The notes: a model not told the origin generated them from the letters alone. A stretch of DNA of 61,747 bases, filler included, from Chiloscyllium plagiosum (GCF_004010195.1; 4 parts of one record of this genome joined end to end with filler, not necessarily neighbours in it); one strand, 5' to 3'. Counted from the whole stretch's first letter, positions 35,601 to 49,657 are shown. A program made the numbers and translations.

Positions 35601-37607
35601 TGCTTGTGTTTTGAGTGATGCACTCCTCCAGACCAATGGAAAGTATTCCATCATAAACTTGTGCCTTTTTGAACTGTTGAAAGGAACTTAGGGAATCATG
35701 TCAGTCGCTGTGCAGAATGCTTGGATTGCTGACCTGTTTTTGTAGCCGCAGTGTTTATGTGGCTGGCTCAGTCGAATTTCTGGTCAATGCTGACTTTCAA
35801 GATGGTGAGTGAGTCAATGATGCTGCCATAGAATGCCAACTGAACCTTCTTAGACTGTCCCTTGTGAAAGATGATCATTGCTTAGTACTTGTGTGATGTG
35901 AATGTCCCTGTTGTATTTGATAGTCGTGCAATTGTCAGGCCAATCATTATTTTTAGGACCATTAGGGATGGCTAATAAATTGATTTGCAAAGGTTATTCA
36001 CACTCCATTAATGGGAACAATTTGCATTTATGTAGTTCTTTTAACATAGTAAAAGCAACCCAAGATACTCATCAGGATCATTATAAGACAATTTGAGACT
36101 CTAAATCAATTTAAATCCAAGAGTGCAAGAACTGTCTTATAAAAACACTTAAAAGTTAGAAAATCTTTTTGTCAATGCTGAGTCATTTTAATAAAAGTTT
36201 TGAAAGAATCGTGTTTCATTGTGATACATGGTTGATTTATTGCCTAAGCTAGAATGTTAGAATTTGTGGAAAGCTCATGAGGCCAAGATCAATATCATGC
36301 TGCAATACATCACACAGTTAACTCAATTCACTGTCTGTGGCTCACTGTCCAATTCACACATGACAGAATTGATGGAGACAGCTGTTACTTCTGCTGCTGA
36401 ATGACAGCATGAGTCATTATCTTCAGGAGACCAACAGGAGGGAAAAAACAGTTCTTTTGTGAATAGATTACAAATTTTAATTGCAAAACAGATTGCACTG
36501 CAAAGGACAGTCATCAATATTTAGAAATCGACAGTGGAAATAATTTGGCTAATTCTAGTCATTATTTGAGTGAAAAAACAATTTCAATGATATTGAAGGA
36601 TTGTAGTTTGCAAATTACTTATTTAGTGTGGTGCTATTTTCTGTATACTGTTGAAACTTATAGTCGAAGTGTTTTCATGGTCACATTTTGGCAAGAATTG
36701 CTGATGACACTGGTGTTCTGTGTATATATAAATTAAACTTTTCTGAGACTTTTATGCAGAATCCTATCAGTCATGATGTTGGGAACATCTCCATTTTGGG
36801 AACTTGACTCTGCATGATGCATCTGTCATATGCACTTCACCAGCGTAAACTAATTTACATGCTGCCGCTGGTCTCACCTGACTGAAGGAGGGTAGGGCGA
36901 TGCCTCCGGTAAGAATCATTTCTGTTTAAAGGAGCAACATCATATATCAGAAAAGCTCACTGGTTTTTGAATATTTCAGGCTGCACCAACCACAACGATG
37001 AAGACTTGGGAGAACTACTCCCTGGTTCTGTCTGATTCACTTGGAGGTTATGCCTAAGAAACTGAGGTGAGCTCAGTGAGGTGAGCTCTTTCTCGGATGA
37101 AATGGAGAGGATAGCCTTTCAAGCTATTCAGGTCTGGATGGAAATGGCAGAAGATCCCAGCAATTGGAGTGTGGGTCCCCCACCCCTGTCCCCCACTCTT
37201 GAGAATGTCTCAAGATGAGCTGTGACCTCAGGAAGGGGTCACCGGTGAATGACTGAATACTTTTAGGTGCCAATCTCTCCTTCTCAGTACACTTAGCTCA
37301 ACACAGATTGCAGTTCAATTCATTCCTCTTTCTCGAGACAGCTGGACAAAATACCCTCCCGCTCTTATCCTATTGTTATCTCACTCTCTTAGCCACCCTT
37401 CCCAAATGGTTTCCTTCCTTACTCTACAAACAAGCCATTGCAAACACTGTCATGCTACTGCTTTCCTTCCATGCAAGAGAAGCGAGCACACAACTTCATG
37501 AAGGACAGGAAACACTGAGGTCATCCTCGTGTGATGAGCATGTTAACAGCCATTGGGAGTGCTGGTTCACTCTTCTGCTGTGATGGAGACCATGTTCCAG
37601 GAGGTTA

Positions 37608-37992
37608 ACATAGAACATTGAACCTTACAGTGCAGTACAGGCCTTTCGGCCCTCGATGTTACACTGACCTGTCATACCAGTCTGGAGCCCATCTAACCTA
37701 CACTATTCCATGTACGTCCATATGCTTGTTCAATGATGACTTAAATGCATTTAAACTTGGCGAATCTACTACCGTTGCAGGCAAAGCATTCCATACCCTT
37801 ACTACTCTCTGAGTAAAGAAACTACCTCTGACATCTGTCCTATATCTATCACCCCTCAATTTAAAGCTATGCCCCCTCCTGCTCACCATCACCATTTTTG
37901 GAAAAAGGCTCTCATTGTCCACCCTGTCTAACCTTCTGATTATATGTCTCAATGAAGTCACCTCTCAACCTTTTTCTCTCTAACGAAAACAG
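37608..37992 (-). mobile_element. CR1 3' end (subfamily of 1-420), truncated by gap
   Basis: ORF 37698-37961 RGHSFKLRGDRYRTDVRGSFFTQRVVRVWNALP. Confidence 0.92.
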
Positions 37993-38683
37993 NNNNNNNN
38001 NNNNNNNNNNNNNNNNNNNNNNNNNNNNNNNNNNNNNNNNNNNNNNNNNNNNNNNNNNNNNNNNNNNNNNNNNNNNNNNNNNNNNNNNNNNNNNNNNNNN
38101 NNNNNNNNNNNNNNNNNNNNNNNNNNNNNNNNNNNNNNNNNNNNNNNNNNNNNNNNNNNNNNNNNNNNNNNNNNNNNNNNNNNNNNNNNNNNNNNNNNNN
38201 NNNNNNNNNNNNNNNNNNNNNNNNNNNNNNNNNNNNNNNNNNNNNNNNNNNNNNNNNNNNNNNNNNNNNNNNNNNNNNNNNNNNNNNNNNNNNNNNNNNN
38301 NNNNNNNNNNNNNNNNNNNNNNNNNNNNNNNNNNNNNNNNNNNNNNNNNNNNNNNNNNNNNNNNNNNNNNNNNNNNNNNNNNNNNNNNNNNNNNNNNNNN
38401 NNNNNNNNNNNNNNNNNNNNNNNNNNNNNNNNNNNNNNNNNNNNNNNNNNNNNNNNNNNNNNNNNNNNNNNNNNNNNNNNNNNNNNNNNNNNNNNNNNNN
38501 NNNNNNNNNNNNNNNNNNNNNNNNNNNNNNNNNNNNNNNNNNNNNNNNNNNNNNNNNNNNNNNNNNNNNNNNNNNNNNNNNNNNNNNNNNNNNNNNNNNN
38601 NNNNNNNNNNNNNNNNNNNNNNNNNNNNNNNNNNNNNNNNNNNNNNNNNNNNNNNNNNNNNNNNNNNNNNNNNNNNNNNNNNN

Positions 38684-38921
38684 TGACTGTGTGGAGTTTG
38701 CACGTTCTCCCCGTGTCTGCGTGGGTTTCCTCCGGGTGCTCCGGTTTCCTCCCACAGTCCAAAGATGTGCAGGTCAGGTGAATTGGCCATGCTAAATTGC
38801 CCGTAGTGTTAGGTAAGGGGTAAATGTAGGGGTATGGGTGGGTTACGCTTCGGCGGGTCGGTGTGGACTTGTTGGGCCGAAGGGCCTGTTTCCACACTGT
38901 AAAGTAATCTAATCTAATCTA
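38684..38921 (+). mobile_element. Young HE1 V-SINE (head lost in gap)
   Basis: CpG-rich V-domain and a GGGCCGAAGGGCCTGTTTCC...(TAATC)n tail shared with CR1/HER1 3' ends. Confidence 0.92.
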
Positions 38922-39534
38922 AAACAAACTTGGCAGAAGGTTGCAGATGTCATTACCAATCAAAACATGAGCTTCCTAATGGATTTGATACCTTACGTAT
39001 ATGAGCTGATCCTCTGCCTCATTACCTTGTGTGTGGGTATCACCTGCGTGGAACTGTGTCTCTGTGTCCATCTCCTTTGCTTGAGCAGGAACATGCGGCT
39101 AAGGAGAGTGTGGTGAGTGCTGCTGCTGGTGTTACTGCTGCTGCTGTTGGCAAAGTTAATGGTAATTCAGCCTCGACTCCTGACCCTCTTAGAGGTGGAA
39201 GATAGATTTGCATGTGTTGAAGGCTGAATATCTAAAAAGATGAAGTGCTTTTCAAGGCATAAGAAATCACCTGTCAAGCCGTGGAGTGCTTTCTGCAAGA
39301 TCATGCCCTTTGAAAAGCAGTCTTCCATTGCCAAGGCTGAAGTTGTTTAGTTTAACTAATCAAAGCCTTCTAAGCTTGCCAGTTTCACTGAAGACGATCT
39401 TCTTATTGTGCACTTGATTGGGTAACCCCAGGGTATTGTTGACAGATTAGCCAATAAGGTCCATGACTGGGAAATCCAGGCCGAGAGCACTTTACAATTG
39501 GCTTCTTTACAACCTGAACACCAAGTGTTTTTTT

Positions 39535-39685
39535 TAATAGATCATGAGACTTAAACCCTTTTCCAAGAGAACAGTTACGAGCCAACCAAATTGCTGTGGG
39601 ACCTGAATTACAAGTAGGCCAGACTGGATAAGGACAGCAGATCTCCGTCCCTCAAAGGCATTAGTGAACCACATGAGGTTTTTTT
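39535..39685 (-). mobile_element. Second-family SINE fragment
   Basis: ATTGCTGTGGG...GTAGGCCAGAC..GATAAGGACAGCAGAT...CATTAGTGAACC. Confidence 0.6.
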
Positions 39686-40729
39686 TCCTCTTTTGTTATC
39701 TTCTCCAACAGATCTCCGAGTTGTCCCCACCCATTTTGTCATCAAAAAAGCTGGAAAAGGAATATGTTCCAGATTTTAAAGCTAATTTCTGTGAATTTTC
39801 TATTCCACTCACTACCCGCTTCCTCCCCCAAGCCTCACCCTCCTCCAAACCCACATCCAATTAATTGAGAAAATTTTCCTTCAGTATTAGTTTCAGAAAT
39901 TGTGTTTTTAGTTAAAACCAAATGGTTTGTTGAGTGAAAAGTCATACCCATTTGAAGATTAAAAAATGAATATAATAATTTTTTAAGAGAACGGATAAAA
40001 TATTTTGCTGCTTGATGTACATTTTGATTATTCAACTGGAGAGTGCAGGGATATGCAGCCTTTCAGTTAACAATGCAATTTGTGAACCCCCAATGGTCAA
40101 AAGGATAGTGATAATTACTTTAGGAGTCTTTCTCTATTGTGTTGCAAAATGTGTTTAGTTACTATACAAGGAATGAAATAATTATCAGAAGTTAATAGGA
40201 CAGCAGTTTCAAAAAACCCAGTAGGACATAAACGATGCACTTTGACCTAAAATAGTATGCACAGCCTGCTAGTAAATGAAATGTTGGTTTGCAGTGAGTT
40301 TGCTCTTCAATTAGTCATTGCCTGATCAGTGGGAAATTCTTGAAGAAATTAGGGCTCTACTGCACATGCTGGTCTTGTCAGAGACACATTCACCCTGTGA
40401 AAGAATAAAAAAGATATGAAACTAATACCACAGTTTTGAACAGAAGGTTCATGTGTTAGCATGGTTGAAATTAATTAAAGCACCTTTTTTTAAATATCTA
40501 ATTGTGGATTCATAGTGAATTTTTTTGATGATGAGAGAGGAAACAAACACACCAGAGATCTTAAGTAAATAGTCCTCCATTTTTAAGTTGTTTCCAACAC
40601 TTCATATTCAGCCACTGCAATGTTGTGGAGCTGTACAGTTTTACTGAGTTGTGACTGATTTTTAGCACTTTTTAAAATTCTCCTACATGTGTCAGCAGTG
40701 GCTCATTGCTAATGCTGTTGACTTTGAGT

Positions 40730-41110
40730 TGGAAGAGTGTTGTCGCACTCTGTAAGAGATTTGAGCGTGTTGATACTGCAGTGCATGACTGAGAGATTGC
40801 TGCACTGCCTTCAGCCTGGCATTGTGAATGAGATTTTCATTTGATGCTGTTTCCATTTTCTCATGTTGATATAAAAGATTATATGCCATTCACTTGTAGA
40901 AGAACAAAAGAGTTCTGTCCAGTGGCCTGGACAGCATTAATTGCTCAAACTTCTTTAAAGCAAAACACTTAGTTATTAGAACATTGCTGTTTGTGAAATC
41001 CTACTGCAAATGAAATAATGCATTTCTTGCATTACAACAGTGCAAACACTTCAAAAGTAGTTCATCATCAGGATGTACTGTGGTTATGAAATAAAAGTGC
41101 GAGTCTTTCT
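40730..41110 (+). mobile_element. Degenerate DeuSINE (AmnSINE1-like central domain)
   Basis: CAGTGCA..ACTGAG.GA.TGCTGCACTG...AAAAGAT...GAAGAAC...ATTGCTGTTTGTG...CATTACAACAGTG..AACACTTCAAAAGTA.TTCAT. Confidence 0.6.
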
Positions 41111-42544
41111 ATCAACTATTACCTTGAGAAAAAGGCTCTAATTGGAAATACCTATCTTGTACAATTCTTAGTGCCTTCAACAGTCACTGGAACTTGTAAC
41201 CAGTGTGAAAGAAGATGCAACTTCAAATTCTCAGCAGCAGAACCCTGACAACTGACTGGGATGGATGTATTGTACACGGGTGGAGGTTTGGATTGGGATT
41301 CTTGCATAAAGATGAGGAATAACTGTAGCACACTTGAAGATTCAGAGGTTAATTTTTAGGTCTCGCTGAGATCAGTGTCTAGCAGGTGCTAAAAATAGGC
41401 CTGCCAACTGATGCGGCAGTTCTGAGGCTCCATTCCATCTGTGGGTTACTTTTTATTGGGGAGGAGGATGGGGGTGTGATGTGGCGGAGTGATTGTTCAG
41501 ATACAGGTGGGTGTCCAGCATGATTCATAGTGATCAATTAAAGGAGGACAACTGAGGTGTTCTGGTCAACCTCTGGGGCTGTGCTTGCATTGGGAATGAT
41601 TTGGAATATATTTGTGTAGTTGAGCCTTGAAGTAACAAAGGCTTAGGTGAGTGTTTGAGCAGCAGATGAGCTGACGCTCAACCAGATTTGGACAATGCTG
41701 CAAAAGTGGAAAGGGCAGCCTGGGGAATTAGCTCGGGTACGTTGTTAAAAGCTTATCTTAGGTCAAGCTACAATTTCAGACTGTTGCCAGGAATGGAGCT
41801 GGAACAAAGAAGGCGCAATGACTTCAATCTTACCTGTATTTAGTCAGAAGTAATTTGTACCGATTCTAGTGTTGTGTTAAGTGAACTAGACCTGACTGTC
41901 ATGTACATATATGTGAACAACAGATAAATTCAGGTGGGTCTTTTGGTTTTTCACTTGAAAATAAAATAATTTTAATTGATACAAATTTTATTCTGTAACT
42001 GGTAAAGTTGCTTTAGAGATGTTTTTTGCGCTACATTATAAAGCACAATGCACGTACCTTATTAGCCCAATTTGACAACTTGAATTTAGAATCAAAGGAA
42101 TGTAATGAGGTGAAATGAAACGCTAATGGACTTTCATGAAAAACATTGTCTAATTAATTAAGTAATCTCTGGCTGGAGTGCAAAGGCACAATAGCAGAAA
42201 GAGTCAGATTTCCTCAGCCCTTTCTTTCTCATTCGGACTTACATCGGTTTTCCGTGATGATAATGGATCTCATCAAGGCTTGAATTTTAATCAGTTGAGA
42301 AGTGACAGCCCTGGTTTCCCATTGTTTTCAGGCACAGCTGAAAGAATCTAAAACACAGGAGTGACCAGGTGCCCCCACAACTGGTGGTAAACTGACAATG
42401 AAGGAGACACGTATAGAATCTCTCTTCTATCTTTCCTCCTCTTCCATCTCCTTGAATGAACTAATAGCACTAGTTACATTGACCAGTAATGCAGACCTGT
42501 TTATTCTTGCTGTGGAAGGGAGTTCAATGGAAACACCAGATTAA

Positions 42545-42905
42545 TCCCTCAGAGAGTATGGTTATTTTATGAGGAGGAATTGAAGAAGCTGCGTCTGCAT
42601 TCCCTGAGTTTTGAAGAATAACAGGTGATCTTGTCTAAATCTACAAAATTCCTATTGGGCATGACAATGTGGATATAGAATCACCTGGCTAGTGACTCCA
42701 GACCCGTGGGACATAATCTCAGATGGGCAGGCCATTTAAGACTGAGATGAGTAGAGGACTGTGAAAGCTTAATGAAAAAGCCAGTTCAAGATAGAAATTG
42801 AAAGAAATTCTGGAGACAATTGATACTAAGGGTTATGGAGAGAGTGAGATTTGTTGCTTTCGGAGAAGCCTGATGGGCTGATCAGATGTTCTTCTTCTTG
42901 TGTTC
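42545..42905 (+). mobile_element. Very old CR1 3' end
   Basis: TATGAGGAG...TTGAAGAA...GGTGATCT...ATTTAAGACTGAGATGAG remnants. Confidence 0.55.
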
Positions 42906-43559
42906 TGATTTTAGCTTTCCCAAAGTACATTGTGCGATGTGGAAGTTGTGATTCTATTTTAGGAGAGGTGAAGCACTAATCATCATGTTTATTGTGTCTG
43001 TTAGAAACTATAGAGTAAACTTAGGATCAAATCAAAATCGTAAAGAAAAATGGAATAGATTCAATATTCAGCTTTACTGTGTGCTGTATAGCTAGTTCAT
43101 TTAATTGACACACAACTTACACTGAGTGTGAAAAAGTTTTTGCGACTGTGTTAAATACAGGTTACTGCATCTGAAGTTAATTTACTTCCACAATAATATA
43201 CAAGGGAGGCCAAATCTTATACAATGAATGAAACATTATTTGGAAATCAATTTTAATTATTTTTTGTGGGTTTATCCTTCAAATTGACCTCCACCTTATT
43301 AAAATGTGCACTAATTGGAAATGTGATATCAACAGAAATATAATTTCTTGCTTGCTCGGTTATTGAGCTTCAAAAGTTTTTGTTTTCTTTCCTGTTCAAG
43401 ATCCCCAAGATGGATTGTAAATGAGAGAGACGAAATTGGTTAAAAAGGGAATTACAAGCAGCCTTTCCTGTTTCAGAGTATGGCAGTGCTGTGTTTTGAC
43501 CAATTGGTGTAGTATATTCTTGATGCACGTTTGTTTTATTTAGACAAGTGAGGCAGGGA

Positions 43560-46110
43560 ATGGGAACAGAGCAGTAGGTCAGCAAGTAAAATGGATTGAG
43601 GAGGAGTCCGAGATTAAGGCCAGTAAGGCTAAAAGAAAAAACAGACAGGGAGAGGTTACTGAACACGGTGAGACTGGCAATCTGAAATGTATTTGTTTCG
43701 ATGTGAGGAGTACGACAGATAAGGCAGACAAACTTAGAGCTTGGATTAGTGCATAAAACTATGATGTTGGAGCTATTACAGAGACTTGGTTGTGAGATGG
43801 ACAAGACTGGCAGCTTAATGTTCCAAGATTTAGATGTTTCAGGCAAGATAGAGGGGTGTAAAAGAGGTGGCAGAGTTGTGTTACTGAATAGGCTGAATGT
43901 CACAGCTGTACTGAGGGAAGATACCTTGGAGAGCTCATCCAGTGAGGCCATATGGATACAGCTCAGAAATAGGTAAAGTGCAATCACTTTGAGGTTGTAC
44001 TACAGGCCTCCCAACAGCCAGTGGGAGACAGAGGAATAGATATGTAGTCACACTTAGGAAAAATATGAAAATGTTGGGGTTTCAATGGTGTTTGATTTTA
44101 ACTTGCCATATGTTAACAGGGAATCCCTTAGCTCCAGGGGCTTGGATAGGTGTGTCCAGAAGGTAACATGTAAATAGTTTGAACGGTAAGGAGCCATATT
44201 AGACCTGGTATTGTGGAATAAGCATGACCAGATGATTGTGTTTTAGTGGGGGAGTTTTTTGGGAACAGTGACCATCATTCTGTACGTCTTAAATTACTGT
44301 GCGTAAGGATATGAGTACTCCTCAGGTGAAAGAACTAAATTGCAGGAAGGCTAACGACCACAATATCAGGAATCAGACAATGCCAGGTTATTGTCCAATA
44401 GGTTTACTTGAAATCAGAAGCTGTAGGAGCATTGCCCTCTCATGTGATCCTTAATAAAAACTTTGCATTGATATTCACAAAGGAGAAGGGCATGGTGGAT
44501 GGTGAGCCTAAAGAGAGGTATGTTAATTTTGAGGTGATGTTGATATAAAAACAAGTGTTGGGTGTTTTGAAAACATTAAGGTAGATAAGTCTCCAGGACT
44601 TGATGGGATCTATCCCAGAATACTGAGGGAGATGAGGGAGTAAATTGCTGGAGCTTTATACAAAATCTTTGTATCCACTTTAGTCACAGGTGAGCTCCCA
44701 GAAGACTGAAGAATAACCACTGTTGCTCCTTTGGAAGGGCAATAGGAAATTACAAGCTGTTGAGCCTTATATCAGGGTAGGGTAATTATTGGAGAAGATT
44801 CTTAGGGACAAGATTTACTCAGTTGGAAGTGAATGGACTTATTAGAGACAGCAGAGCATGGCTTTGTGCAGGAGCAGTCATGTCTCACAAACTTGATTGA
44901 GCTTCTTGAAGAAGTGACAAAGGCAATTGATGAGGGCAGAGCAGTGGATGTTGTTCATGTGGACTTTAGCAAAGCCTTTTACAAGGGCCCTCATGGCAAG
45001 CTGATACAGAAGGTGCTTTCACTTGGGATCTGTGCTGAGTTGATTAGATGGATACATAACTGGCTTCATTGCAGAAGGTAGGAGTGGAAGGTTGTTTTTC
45101 AGACTGAAGATCTGTGACCAGTGGTATTCTGTAGGGATCAGTGATGGGACTGCTATTGTTTGAATATCTATAAATGATTTGGAGGAGAATGCAGATGTCC
45201 TTATTAGTACGTTTGAAGATGATACTAAGATTGGGGAGCTGCGGATAGTGAGAATTGCCAGAGAATACATTTGGATATAAATACGCTGAAGACTTGGGTG
45301 GAGAAATAGCAGATGTAATTTAATTCAGACAAATGCGAGATGATGCATTTTACAAGATCTAATGCAGGAGGGAATTGTCTGGTAAACGGCAGAACCCTTA
45401 GATCACTCTGGATGTTAATGCTTCTATGTGTAAAGTCCAAAGTTCCCTGAAAGTTGTAACACAAGTGGATAAGGTGGTCAAGAAGATGTATAGCATGCTT
45501 GCCTTCATCAATTGGAACATAGAGTATAAAAATTGACGAAGACACGCTGTCGCTGTGCAGAACTTTATTTCGGCTACGTTTGCAAAACTGCGTATAGTTC
45601 TGATGGCCATACTATCAGAAGAATGTGGAGGCTTGGGAACGGATGCAGAAAAGGTTTGCAAGGATGTTTCCTGGTTTACAGTATATTAGCTGTGAGGAGG
45701 TATTAGATAACCTTGGTTTGTTTTCACTTGAACATCGGAGGCTGAGGGGAAACCTGGCAAAAGTTTACACATTCATGAGAAGCATGGATAGAATGGATAA
45801 TCAGAGCCATTTTACCAAGATAGAAATGTCAATTATTAGGAGACGTAAGTTTAAGATAAAAGGGGGTAAGTTTAAAGGAGATGTGAGAGTCAATATTTTT
45901 ACACAGAGGAAATGCAATGCCAGAGGAGGTGGTGGAGGCAGATACAACAGCAATGTTTAAGAAGCATCTTGACAGATACATGAACAGACAGGGAATAGAG
46001 AGATATGGACTGCTTAGAAGCAAAAGGTTCTTAATTTAGAAAGGAATCATGTGTCAGCACAACTTTGGTGGACCTAAGAGCCTTTTCCTGTGCTGTACTG
46101 TTCTCTTTAT
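43560..46110 (+). mobile_element. Old CR1 LINE, decayed ORF2 (APE and RT) to 3' end
   Basis: ESSSSEAIWIQLRN, QSCLTNLIELLEEVTKAIDEGRAVDVVHVDFSKAF, ERMQKRFARMFPGL...LGLFSLEHRRLRGNL. Confidence 0.9.
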
Positions 46111-46749
46111 CCTGTGAAATTACCCTGCACAAATGGGAGAGGTGAATATTGCAGGTCTGTGTCTGCTATATTGTATCCAGCTTAAAAGTTCTGTACAATA
46201 CTGTATCACATGTATTGCGAATCAACATTCACAACGTTAATACAAACCTCCAAATGTTTGCGTGTAATTTACATTGCACCTGTAATTTACACCCATGTCA
46301 CATTGACCTGAGTAAGACAGTGTGGTGCTGTGATATTCGGGGAAAAAGTGTAAAACTGTGACTGTTGATTAAAGCAATTATTCAAATTATTGTTATGTTA
46401 TTGCCTTCAATCTTCTAGTTGAGCTATAGGTAGGATTAACTACTTTGTGTGTTTATTTAATGAGTTTTATTTACTTCATTGTGCGTTTGCTTAACTCGTC
46501 ATGGGAACTTTAAAATGGTAAATGCAATTTCTAAGCCTATTACTTTACTGAATGGTGGTTGACTGACTCCTCCGTGAAGATAACTGTTAAACAGTAGGTT
46601 TAGAGATTTCACAAATCTAAGAAGTGTTTTTGGGATTTTTGCAAGAATAGGGCATGATCATGATGATATTGTGCAATGGAAATATTTACCTGGTCCTGAG
46701 GAAATCACATAGGGTCAACCAACTTGGGCTATGTTTTTAAAATTAATTT

Positions 46750-47045
46750 AAGCATCACTGACAAAGCCTGTGAATTCGTTGGCTTTCAGAGGGCGTTAAA
46801 CCACACCATGTGGGTCTGGAGTCACATGTAGACCAGACTAGGCAAGAATGGCAGATTTCCTTTCATTACTGGACCAGATGAATTTTTACAATGGATCAAC
46901 AGTGGTTACCATTTTATTATTCCAGATTTTATTGTATTTGGATTTCACATTCTGCCATGGTGAGTTTTCAACTCATGTCCCAGCCACTTAACCTAGCTCT
47001 CTGGATTACTTGTCCAATGGTATTTCCACTACACCACCATTCTCT
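46750..47045 (-). mobile_element. Second-family SINE, degenerate
   Basis: TGTGGGTCTGGAGTCACATGTAGACCAGAC...GGCAGATTTCC...TCTGCCATGGTG. Confidence 0.65.
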
Positions 47046-47399
47046 GACACATTATAAATATGCATTTGTAACTAAATAGTCTTGGTCCACTTTAGAACTT
47101 ATATATCACTTCTGAAATGACATTTCAATAGTTGCAGAATTTACTGCATGTTTGATTGCTGGTAGGGTTGAAGGAGGGTGTTGATTGATTTGTTGTCAAC
47201 TATTCCTAAAGAGAAGTGCTTTCCTCCAGCTGGATGATTTCTGAATTATTTATCATCATGTATAGCATTAGCTGAATTGCTCAAACAAGGCAAAGTAATG
47301 TCAAGTTTTATATTCAGATAGCCTCCTGACTTCTAGCTCACATTGACCAAATTTTATTGTATCACAGTCAACTGTAGATTGCAGTACTTTAAGGAAAGG

Positions 47400-48050
47400 A
47401 GTGCCAAGTTGGTGGATCATGTTTGATGCTTGAGATGTGATGATACTATGGCATTCAGAGGTATATTTTGTCCTTTTTTTAATGAAAAAAGGTTGAAGCT
47501 GATTAGTCTGCTCCAAAGCTGATAAAATAAACAGCTTGTGAGACCTGGAACAATAGAAGCAGCCTGAATGGGTAGGGTCAAGCTACCACAGAACCAGGAT
47601 TCTTTCTCATTTTAGCCTTGAGTTGCATATGCTGGGGTCTTGAAGCTGGATTGGAAGCTTTTATTCCTCTCTGTGTTATGGCTAAAAGCTGGGGTTCTCT
47701 TCCTGCTGTTCAAATTACGTGTGTGACAATCTATTTTACTGAATTTGCCTTTGCCAAGGGTGTACTTGTGGGGTGTTACTATATCAGAACAGTTAATTAG
47801 TAGTAGTTAATATGTCTCTTACTTTGTTAAGCATTTTGATAGAGTTACAATTAAGCCAATTTTCTTGTTTTAATTTGTCTGTACTTTGATTATAGTGTAT
47901 GAATACAGTGTGTGTGTTTCAAACCTGATAGTTTGTCGAATTGAATTGCATCTGTAACACAACGCCTTACCTTTACCTTTAAAATAAGAAAAAGTTAGGG
48001 TTGAGTCTATTTCTGAATATATTTTGAGGGGATTTGGTCTGATCCCTAAC
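47400..48050 (+). mobile_element. Possible solo LTR
   Basis: Resembles recurrent shark LTR-like repeats ending ...TTTGGTCTG.TCC.TAAC. No clear TG..CA ends or TSD established. Confidence 0.3.
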
Positions 48051-48476
48051 TGAGGGTAGTGTAAACCATACCTGTATGACAAACTACCTTATATGTAGAA
48101 GGTGGTGATGAGGGATCAGTCAACTTGGTTTGATCGAGGTGCATGCTATGAAAGCCAACAAGGTGCAAGCAGGCAAAAAGCTCATGTAAATTTCAAAGTG
48201 ACATATTTAAGGTAGGGACATAGGGATTATCTGAATTGTATGCTTTTCTGTATTTTGAGCTAATGCTGTTCATCTTGGGTTTACCCAGTTCAAACATTTT
48301 GGTAGACAGTTAATTTATGTCCAGATTTGTTTGAGGTAATTACTGTTTTAAGTGTTTACTGCTTTATTATTGATTCATTTCAGTTTGTCTTCTGCTTTTA
48401 GTCTGACATGGTATATTTGGAAAGTTTGTTTTGTGTATGTACATAAGAGAGGAGAAAGAAGGCTTAAATTTTCATT

Positions 48477-48930
48477 CAGAGAAAATGATAACTGCAACTG
48501 CTGGAGATCAGAATCGTGAGTGTTGTGCTGGAAAAGTAAAGCAAGTCAGGCAGCAGCTGAGGAGCAGGAAAATCTAATACTGTCAGGTTGTCGATGAACA
48601 TAGAATAATCATAGACGATTTTAAAGAACAACAGAGCATTTCTTCCCAGTATCCTGTCTAATATTTATCACCCAATTATAAAAAGATTATTCAGTTGTGA
48701 GTAGGCTGCTGGAATTCCATCCCTAGTGCTCTCTGCCTTTCTATTTCACTTTCTCCTTTTGCAGACTCTTAAAATCTCAGCCAGATGACATCACTGCAGG
48801 AGTTTTGTTAACTGCTTCATGAATGAGGCCTCATCCCTGATGAAGGGCTTATGCCCGAAACATCGATTCTCCTGCTTCTTGGATGCTGCCTGACCTGTTG
48901 AGCTTTTCCGGCACCCCACTCGACTTAAAT
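48477..48930. mobile_element. Fold-back PLE-terminus element containing captured flank
   Basis: Left arm 48477-48572 (ACTGC..TGCTGGAGATCAG...GCTGGAAAAG...GGAGCAGGAAAAT), right arm ~48832-48925 (CCTGATGAAGGGCTTATGCCCGAAAC...), with a 254-bp insert between. Confidence 0.8.
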
Positions 48931-49657
48931 TTCTATTACACCGAGCATGATTTCAAGACAGCCGAAGGCATTCAAAGTGTAGTCACCAACATAATGTTGG
49001 AGATGTGGCAGCAGAGCCTCAAAGCAAGTCCAGCAAATACCAATAGATACAATTTACCTTTATATAGTGTATTTAACATGTGAAATGTCCTAAGGTGTCT
49101 CTCAGGAGCATTATGAAACAAGAGATCATACTGAGTCCAGCTGATGCAATGCCAGAAGACCAAAACCTTGGTTGAAGTGGTAAGTAACGTGATTTAGTCA
49201 TGAGATTTGATAACACATGCCAAGATTCTTTCTTGTTGGCTTGTGCAAATATTCCTTGCACTCATCAATCCATACCTGGATATTGTCTAAGTCTTGCTGT
49301 ATATGGACACATGCTTTGATGTCTGAGGAGTTGCAAAAAGTACTGAAAATAATGCAGTCATCAGCAAACTTTCTCATTTCTGACCTGATGATAGGGGAAT
49401 CATCATTCATGAAGCAGTTAACAAAACTCCTGCAATGATGTATTCTAGCTGAGATTTTAAGACTCTGCAAAAGGAGAAAGTGAAATAGAAAGGCAGAGAG
49501 CACTAGAGATGGAATTCCAGCAGCCTACTCACAACTGAATGATCTTTTTATTAATTGGGTGATAAATATTAGACAGGATACTGGGGAGAAATGCTCTATT
49601 GTTCTTTAAAATAATCTATGATTATTCTATGTTTATCGACAACCTGACAGTATTAGA
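48573..49657. repeat. ~254-bp inverted repeat (48573-48826 vs 49403-49657)
   Basis: TCTAATACTGTCAGGTTGTCG...CTTCATGAATGA versus TCATTCATGAAG...CGACAACCTGACAGTATTAGA, roughly 95% identical by eye. Confidence 0.93.
49215..49435 (-). mobile_element. Old LINE RT fragment
   Basis: ORF 49198-49503 includes IIRSEMRKFADDCIIFSTF...QQDLDNIQVW. Confidence 0.75.

Noticed and set aside
36980..37066. Possible exon (tttcag ... GAG|gtgagc)
   Set aside because: Stops in all three frames, and the surroundings look like decayed repeat sequence.
37912..38897. ORFs of 244-305 aa
   Set aside because: Almost entirely N-gap. The same applies to 16349-17282, 18449-18934 and 57224-58223.
42152..42162. Natural TAATTAATTAA resembling the gap linker
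   Set aside because: Not flanked by Ns. It is an ordinary AT-rich or homeodomain-like word.
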